Positions 57,654-64,000 of a DNA stretch of 64,000 nt are shown piece by piece. The DNA is from Rebecca billardiae RCC1528 (lineage: Eukaryota; Protista; Haptophyta). Below the pieces are notes generated by a model. The model did no database searches. It had not been told where the DNA came from and saw only the letters and a list, made by a program, of their open reading frames with translations. The DNA is taken from the NCBI GenBank assembly GCA_965240325.2, contig OZ251222.1, positions 4,464,001 through 4,528,000 on the forward strand, given 5' to 3'. Numbering within the stretch: the stretch's first letter is position 1; each line of letters opens with the position of its first letter. The position numbers and the translations under genes were made by a program.

Positions 57654-58003
57654 CGATCGCGGCAGCGCAGCAGGATCGCGCCTGCCTTAGCTGCCGAGGC
57701 CCGCGGCACTGCCTGATCGGCACAAGGCGCGCGCTCGCCAGCGGGGAGCCGGGGGCCATAATACGACGTGTCGAGTAGTCTGAAACGCCTTATTGGCGTG
57801 AGCGGACGACTGTGCTCATTTCGTACGTCTTACTGTAGTAATAAAGGTCTTAGAGGTCGAAGGTGCGCGCGCGCTCGGCGCGCTGGCGGGCGCGGCGTGA
57901 CAGTCGGCGTCCGGCCGGCGGCGTCGCCGCATCGCCAAGCTTCACTAGCTTCAGAACGCTCGGGACCGCGCACATCAATCAGTGACCAGGACCGCCTGCG
58001 CTA

Positions 58004-58699
58004 TCAATCCTCCCACGCTTCGACGAGAGCGCCGGCCACGTTCGCCACGAGATCACGTTGCACCTCATCGTACTGCCACCTGTCGCAGAACTGCCGCCAG
58101 AACTCGAGCCGCTCCGTGGGCACCGTCGCGCCAATGCCCGCAGCGGCGGCGGTGTTATCGCACACCGCCAGGAGACAGCGCAAGTCGATGAGGGCTGCCG
58201 GCGGTCGCAGGGCGCTCACGACGGCCGTGGCTCGGCGGGCGGTCAGCCGCGAGCTCTCGGCCATCCCGATGTCGTTGTTGCGCACGTGCAGCAAGGAGGT
58301 GGCCGTCGGCATCACGACGTTCATCACCATCAGCTCAGCCAGCACCTCTGCCGGCGCGCTTGCCATGGCCTTCATGAGCGCGGCCGGGGGCTCGGGCGCG
58401 TCGGGCTTGCTGAGCTCAGCGTCTGTCAGGTACTGCACGAAAAACCCGCGGATCCCATCGCTCGACTTGAGCATCGCCGCCAGCACAGGCTCAACATCGG
58501 CGTTGTCGGCCTCAAGGGCAGCGCACACGGTCGGCGCGAGCGCCACGGACTTGCGGAAGTCCGCCGCCGCCACCTCGTCCACCGAAGGGAGTGCATTCAT
58601 TGTCAGCATGCGCGCCGGAGCCACTCGTGGCCAAGCATGCACGTGCGCTCGGGCCGCGCCCGTCGACGCGACGAGCATTGCGAGAGAGCACGCGGCCAT
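58004..58699 (-). CDS. Conserved hypothetical protein, probably plastid-targeted
   Basis: Signal/transit-like N-terminus; DGIRGFFVQYLTD motif recalled from cyanobacterial and algal hypotheticals. Confidence 0.7.
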   Translation of the reverse strand: MAACSLAMLVASTGAARAHVHAWPRVAPARMLTMNALPSVDEVAAADFRKSVALAPTVCAALEADNADVEPVLAAMLKSSDGIRGFFVQYLTDAELSKPDAPEPPAALMKAMASAPAEVLAELMVMNVVMPTATSLLHVRNNDIGMAESSRLTARRATAVVSALRPPAALIDLRCLLAVCDNTAAAAGIGATVPTERLEFWRQFCDRWQYDEVQRDLVANVAGALVEAWED

Positions 58700-58851
58700 A
58701 TCGGCCGGCAGACCGCACACGCGCCGAAAACGCACGTCCGGGGCTCGCCCAGCGCGGCCGGCCGGGCGTGCGTGCCGGTGCGGTCCCTGCCCGGACCACG
58801 CTTTTTTGTCAACCACAATCATTACCACAACGCCACAACTACGAATCAACG

Positions 58852-59724
58852 ATGGCGCGAGCCCTTGCCAGACGCGCGCAGTTGTGGGCATGGCTGCGCG
58901 ACGAGGGTGTGCACGCACCAGCAGCGCGCACATTCGATGCCGACGCGGATGCTGGCACGTCAGTCGCTGAGTTTGTGCGCGACGTTGGCGGCCCACCGTG
59001 TGTCATCCGCTGCTACGACACAGACCAGGACGACGACGACGAGGGCACCGCCTTCCTCGTCGAGAAGCATGCAGACGAGGGCACTCTCGCCGCACATGTC
59101 CGGCAGGCCCAGACCGTGCTCGGGCCGGGCGGACTGGTGGTGCTGCGTGATGACCGCGCCAACGGGCGCATCGGTCTGATGCTGCACGACCTCCCACCAC
59201 TCATCCTCACGGTCGAGGCCGGGCCCGACTTTGCGACTGCGCTCTCGGCGCACCTGCTGCTGTCAGGGCCCGCGGAGAAGAGCGAGGACGGCGGTGATCG
59301 GCATACCCGCCGTACGAGGAGTCTCGCCGAGCTCGACTGGCAGCTGGGCAAGATCTACAAGTCGGTCGTGTCCGGCGCCGCCGGCCGGTTTGCGGACGAC
59401 GAGTCGTGGGCCAAGGTGCGCTGGGGAGCTCGCGATGCCGAGCGCGTGCTTCAGCGCGCAGAGCTTGCTGCATGGATGGTGCACAACCGATCCGTGCCGA
59501 GCTATCCACCGAGCACACCGTTGCAGTACGCCGTGCACGTGGAGCTCCACTTCAGCGCCGGCTGCGAGGTGCTGCCGGGCCAGCCGGTGCGCGCCTCCGA
59601 CCTGGAGGAGCTGATCGTGGTCGACGTGCAGCCGATCGGCGGCAGCGTCGGCGCTCACAACCTCGCACGACCAAGTCTGCACGGCACAAGTGGCGCAACT
59701 CGATTGGAGCTCACCCATGGGTGA
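58852..59724 (+). CDS. Hypothetical protein
   Basis: ATG ORF with coding bias, divergent from the 58699 gene. Confidence 0.65.
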   Translation: MARALARRAQLWAWLRDEGVHAPAARTFDADADAGTSVAEFVRDVGGPPCVIRCYDTDQDDDDEGTAFLVEKHADEGTLAAHVRQAQTVLGPGGLVVLRDDRANGRIGLMLHDLPPLILTVEAGPDFATALSAHLLLSGPAEKSEDGGDRHTRRTRSLAELDWQLGKIYKSVVSGAAGRFADDESWAKVRWGARDAERVLQRAELAAWMVHNRSVPSYPPSTPLQYAVHVELHFSAGCEVLPGQPVRASDLEELIVVDVQPIGGSVGAHNLARPSLHGTSGATRLELTHG

Positions 59725-60184
59725 ATCTACCACGTGCCACTCGGTGGCCTGCCCGCCCCGGTGGCTGCAGCCTGATGAGTGATGAGTGATGCGCGGTGCA
59801 GCCTATAGTGGAGCCGCCTAGCCCTACAGGCTACGCGGGTACGCGCCTACGGTCAACAGCCTGAGCCAGTGACCAGTCCCGAGTCAGCCACTTGGACCAT
59901 TATCAGTCGTTATTGGAGCAGTAGTTGGACCTTGCCGCTAATAACATAATAAACGGCCCACGCCGCCGCGCGCGCACGGGTGGGGCCCGGCGATGCCAGT
60001 CTCCAGACGCCGGAGGCGGAGCCTGCCGAATGGCAACAGTCGGGCACGTCAGCCCGCCGTCCCACGGCGGCGGGCACGGCGCGGCCCGGCAGCATGCGCC
60101 ATGCGTGTGCCCCGAATGGGCTCGCAAAGTGGTCGCGAGGCAGCCCGCGAACAGACCTATACTGATTCCGGCCCTGCCGCTCTC

Positions 60185-61238
60185 TCAGAGCATCCGCGCG
60201 AGGGAAGCTGCATCGCGCTGCTGCCAGCGAGTGCGCACGAGCACCAGCCCGAGCGTCGCGGCCACTGCCAACAGGCCACCCGCCGCCACGGCAAGGGCGC
60301 CCAGCGCGCCAGACCTCGGCGGCGCGTGGCTCGCGTGTTCCACGCGCACGATGGACTCGTGCAGAGCGTACAGCGCATCGGCATCCATGGGATCGTCGTC
60401 GTACTCCTCCTCGTCGTCATCCTCCTCGTAGCTGTCGTCGTCGTCCCCATCGGCGAACTCGTCGTCGCCGTCGCTCGGCCCGCCCAGCCGCTGCTGGTAC
60501 ACGGCGAAGCCCACCTGTGGGACGGGCGGGCGACGGGGGCAGGGGGCAGACGGGGTGAGTGGCGGGGCGTAGGTGCGGTGCGGCGAGGCGCGTTCGGCGC
60601 CGCCGCACCTGATAGTGGCAGCCCGACGCGTCCGGCGGCGGGGTCTCGCACTGCTCGACCTCCGCTGCGGAGCACGCGAGGCAGAACTTCCACCATTTGT
60701 TGTACGCGAAGAAGTGGTGGCCCTTGGCCTTCGCCCGGCTGGAGCACTCGCGCAGGCTGGGCACCTTTGGGCTGAGCAGGTGGCCGCACGCCATATCGGT
60801 GTGCCTCACGACGAATGGCGGGCCATCGCCGGTCCATGGCGGCGGCGCGGGCGATGGCGGCGGCGAGTTTGGATGTGGCGGCGACGGCGGCGGCGACGGC
60901 GGCGGCGGCGGCGACGGCGAGGCCAGGTATTGGTCCATGACGGAGGGCGGGCACTTGTACAGGAAGTAGTGCTGCCCCGACTTCGAGCCCGTCCTCGCGA
61001 ACTCCGTGCACCCCTGCTCCACGCATGTGCTGCCGTACTGCACGCCATGGTTGCCCGCGACTTTCTTCAGCCCCGGGCTCAGGCACACCTGCGAGCAGTG
61101 GCCGAAGTTATCGTCCTTACGGTCGTGGCTGATGCGCCATGCGTCATGCAGCTTGTCGGGCGGGCACGTGTGCTCGGCCAACCCCACGCCGGCGCACAGC
61201 GCCGCGACGAGCAGCGCGCGCCCATGTGCGCGTGCCAT
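60185..61238 (-). CDS. Type I membrane protein with Cys-rich domains, SPPP linker and acidic stalk
   Basis: Signal peptide MARAHGRALLVAALCAGVGLA; two Cys-rich modules; intron 60515-60608; C-terminal TM. Confidence 0.75.
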
Positions 61239-61478
61239 GGCCAACCGCCCGCCGCGCGCGCCCTTGTGAGCGCTCTGAGGCGGCAGGCGCGCCAAAGTTA
61301 AAAAGTGGCAGCGGACGAGGGATCGCCCGGACCAGGATTTGACGGCCGCGGCAGCAAGTCGTTCCGGTGCTGCGCCACCGGAAAACCGCGCCAAGCTCAT
61401 CATGAAAAGCTGGAAAGCTGGTGCGTGGCCGACTGGCCGTGACTCCGCGCTTCGTCGCCGTCGCTGGCCAACGCCGCC

Positions 61479-64000
61479 ATGCCGGGCATGCTGTCGGCCG
61501 CGGAGCTCGGCGAGGTGTACGGGGGTGGCGCGCAGGCGGGCTCCGGCGGTGGCGGCGCGTCGGGCTCGGTCGGGACGCGCGTGCCGTGCGGCGGCTGCCG
61601 CTTCTGCCCCGCGGTGCGCCGCAACGAGCACCCCGAGTGGCACCCGCCCGCCAACCCGTCGCACACGGGCCTGCGCATCTTCAACTCGCTCACCAAGGCG
61701 AAGGAGCTGTTCGCGCCGATCGAGGGGCGGACGGTGCGGTGGTACACGTGCGGCCCGACCGTGTACGACGTCGCGCACATGGGCCACGCGCGCGCGTACC
61801 TCACCTTCGACATCCTGCGCCGCGTGATGGAGGACTACCTCGGGTACGAGGTGCTCTTCCAGATCAACATCACCGACATCGACGACAAGATCATCCTGCG
61901 CGCGCGGCGGAACAAGCTGCTCGCGGACTACCGCGCGCGCGCGGGCTCGGACGCCGCGGCCGTCGGCGCGTACGTCGCCGAGGCCGAGGCCGCCTTCGAC
62001 GCCAAGATGAACCAGAAGCTCGCCGAGCTCTCGCAGCCGTGCGCGCCCGGCACGCCGCAGATGCTCGTCGACGAGCGCGCCGAGCTGCTCGAGGTGCAGG
62101 GGCTCAAGATGGGGCAGTGGGCGGAGACGCGCGCGAAGATCGCGGCGGCGCGTGCCGCGTCCGACGCCTCCGCGCTCATCGACGCCGCCGCCGAGCCGCT
62201 CTCCGAGAAGCTCGACGCGGAGCTGGGCTCGTCGGTGACCGACCAGTCGGTGTTTGAGGCACACGCGCGCCGGTACGAGGCCGAGTTCCTCGCGGACATG
62301 GCGGCGCTGGGCGTGCGCCCGCCGAGCGTGATGTCGCGCGTGACGGAGTGCGTGCCCGAGATCGTCGCCTTCGTGCAGACCATCGTCGCCAAGGGCCTGG
62401 CGTACGAGTCCAACGGCTCGGTGTACATGGACATCGGCGCGCTCAAGGAGCGTGGCCACGCGTACCGCAAGCTTGTGCCCGCGAGCGCAGAGGCGGCGGA
62501 CACGACGGAGGCGCAGATGAGCGAGGGCGAGGGCGCGCTCGGCGCGGGCGGGGAGAAGCGGAACAAGAACGACTTCGCACTGTGGAAGGCGTCGAAGGCG
62601 GGCGAGCCCTCGTGGGACTCCCCGTGGGGCGGCGGCCGGCCGGGCTGGCACATCGAGTGCTCGGTGATGGCCTCGCACACGTTCGGCGCTCACATGGACA
62701 TGCACGCCGGCGGCTCCGACCTCAAGTTCCCGCACCACGACAACGAGCTGGCGCAGTCCGAGGCGTTCCACGGGTGCCAGCAGTGGGTCAACTACTTCTT
62801 GCACGCGGGCCACCTCAACATCAAGGGCCACAAGATGTCCAAGTCGCTGAAGAACTTCGTGACGATCCGCGAGGCGCTGCACGAGCTCGGCCACACTGCG
62901 CGCCAGATCCGCCTCATGTTCCTCATGCAGCCGTGGGACCGCTCGATGCACTACTCGGACCAGACGATCGCCGAGGCGAAGGCGACGGAGAAGAAGCTCA
63001 AGGACTACTTCGGCGTGGTCAAGGGCCTGCGCCGCTCCGACTGGCTCACCAAGCGCGCCGACTTTGGCGAGGCGGAGGCGGCGCTCGCGACCGCGGTCGC
63101 CGCGTTCCAGCGCGACGCGCACGATGCGTTGCTCGACAACTTCGACACGCCCGGCGTGATGAGCGCGATGCTCGGGCTGGTCTCGCACACGCACGAGTAC
63201 CTCAAGGCGGCCGCGGCCGCGCCGAGCGTGCTGCTCGTGTGCAACGGCGCCACCGCCATCACGCGGCTCCTCCGTGTCTTCGGCGTCGCCGAGTGCGAAG
63301 ACCTCGGGCTGCCGATCGGCGGCGGCGCCGAGGGCGAGGGCGGCGCGGCCGCGAGCCGCGAGGCGGTGGCCGAGCCGTACATCGACCGGCTCGTGGCGTT
63401 CCGCGACGCGGTGCGCGAGCACGCGAAGGTGCGCAAGGACCCGGCGCTGCTCGAGCTCTGCGACGCGCTGCGCGACCAGCAGCTCGCCGCCCTCGGCGTG
63501 CGCGTCGAGGACGGCGACGCGGGCTCCCTGTGGAAGCTGGACGACCCGGAGACGCTGCGGCGCGAGGTGCTGGAGAAGAAGGGCGCGCAGGCGGCGAAGG
63601 AGCGCGCGAAGGCGGCGAACAAGCTCGCGGAGAAGGAGAAGGTGCGCCGCGCGCGCCGCGCACCGCCGCCGCGCACCGCGCGGCAGCCGCCGCCCGCCCG
63701 CGCGCGCCGCGCCAACGCCCTGCGCCCACGCGCTGCCGTGCGGTGCGGTGCGCTGCGCTGCGCTGCGCTGCACTGCTGTGCAGGAGTTGGACAAACTGAG
63801 AGCGGCTGCCACGCCGCCGGCGGAGCTCTTCAAGCAGCCGCGCTACGCGGGCAAGTACTCGCAGCTGGACGGGCGCGGCGTGCCCACCGCCGACAGCGAA
63901 GGCAACCCGCTCTCCAAGAGCGCTGCCAAGGTGCGCCGTGCCGCGCGACGCGCAGCGCGCGCCCTCGCGTGTGCCAGTGCCGTGCGCGGCCGACACGCCG
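61479..64000 (+). CDS. CARS1: Cysteinyl-tRNA synthetase (runs off the window)
   Basis: FNSLT, WYTCGPTVYDVAHMGHARAY, NITDIDDK, DFALWK, GRPGWHIECS, DLKFPHHDNE, KMSKS; introns at 63642-63783 and from 63931. Confidence 0.97.
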   Translation, partial: MPGMLSAAELGEVYGGGAQAGSGGGGASGSVGTRVPCGGCRFCPAVRRNEHPEWHPPANPSHTGLRIFNSLTKAKELFAPIEGRTVRWYTCGPTVYDVAHMGHARAYLTFDILRRVMEDYLGYEVLFQINITDIDDKIILRARRNKLLADYRARAGSDAAAVGAYVAEAEAAFDAKMNQKLAELSQPCAPGTPQMLVDERAELLEVQGLKMGQWAETRAKIAAARAASDASALIDAAAEPLSEKLDAELGSSVTDQSVFEAHARRYEAEFLADMAALGVRPPSVMSRVTECVPEIVAFVQTIVAKGLAYESNGSVYMDIGALKERGHAYRKLVPASAEAADTTEAQMSEGEGALGAGGEKRNKNDFALWKASKAGEPSWDSPWGGGRPGWHIECSVMASHTFGAHMDMHAGGSDLKFPHHDNELAQSEAFHGCQQWVNYFLHAGHLNIKGHKMSKSLKNFVTIREALHELGHTARQIRLMFLMQPWDRSMHYSDQTIAEAKATEKKLKDYFGVVKGLRRSDWLTKRADFGEAEAALATAVAAFQRDAHDALLDNFDTPGVMSAMLGLVSHTHEYLKAAAAAPSVLLVCNGATAITRLLRVFGVAECEDLGLPIGGGAEGEGGAAASREAVAEPYIDRLVAFRDAVREHAKVRKDPALLELCDALRDQQLAALGVRVEDGDAGSLWKLDDPETLRREVLEKKGAQAAKERAKAANKLAEKEKVRRARRAPPPRTARQPPPARARRANALRPRAAVRCGALRCAALHCCAGVGQTESGCHAAGGALQAAALRGQVLAAGRARRAHRRQRRQPALQERCQGAPCRATRSARPRVCQCRARPTR

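Overview
Very GC-rich, gene-dense eukaryotic nuclear DNA with short (about 95-200 nt) CG-rich spliceosomal introns. An LHC C-terminus and bipartite plastid-targeting peptides suggest an alga with a red-derived plastid; a haptophyte such as Pavlovales is my inference, not something proven here. Most six-frame ORFs are GC artefacts. The supportable genes are: LHC 3' end, multicopper oxidase, two paralogous 18-residue-repeat proteins, PhyH dioxygenase, PsuG-PsuK fusion with a PTS2, two coiled-coil proteins, a TKL kinase-SH3-CaMK-like kinase-Arf fusion, COPI-associated membrane protein, IQ protein, G8/CBM beta-helix protein, a motif-degenerate kinesin with a CCDC78-like tail, an [FeFe]-hydrogenase with a SnoaL-like tail, pICln, CysRS, and several unknowns. 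The main highlight is an apparently intact 6.26-kb DNA transposon (45324-51578). It has 34-bp TIRs starting CACAGC, a GCC direct repeat at both ends and a RAG1/Transib/Chapaev-type DDE transposase. Other highlights are the strict 18-aa-periodic protein pair head-to-head with the oxidase, the hydrogenase and the kinase-GTPase fusion. All family assignments come from reading motifs by eye; no searches were run.
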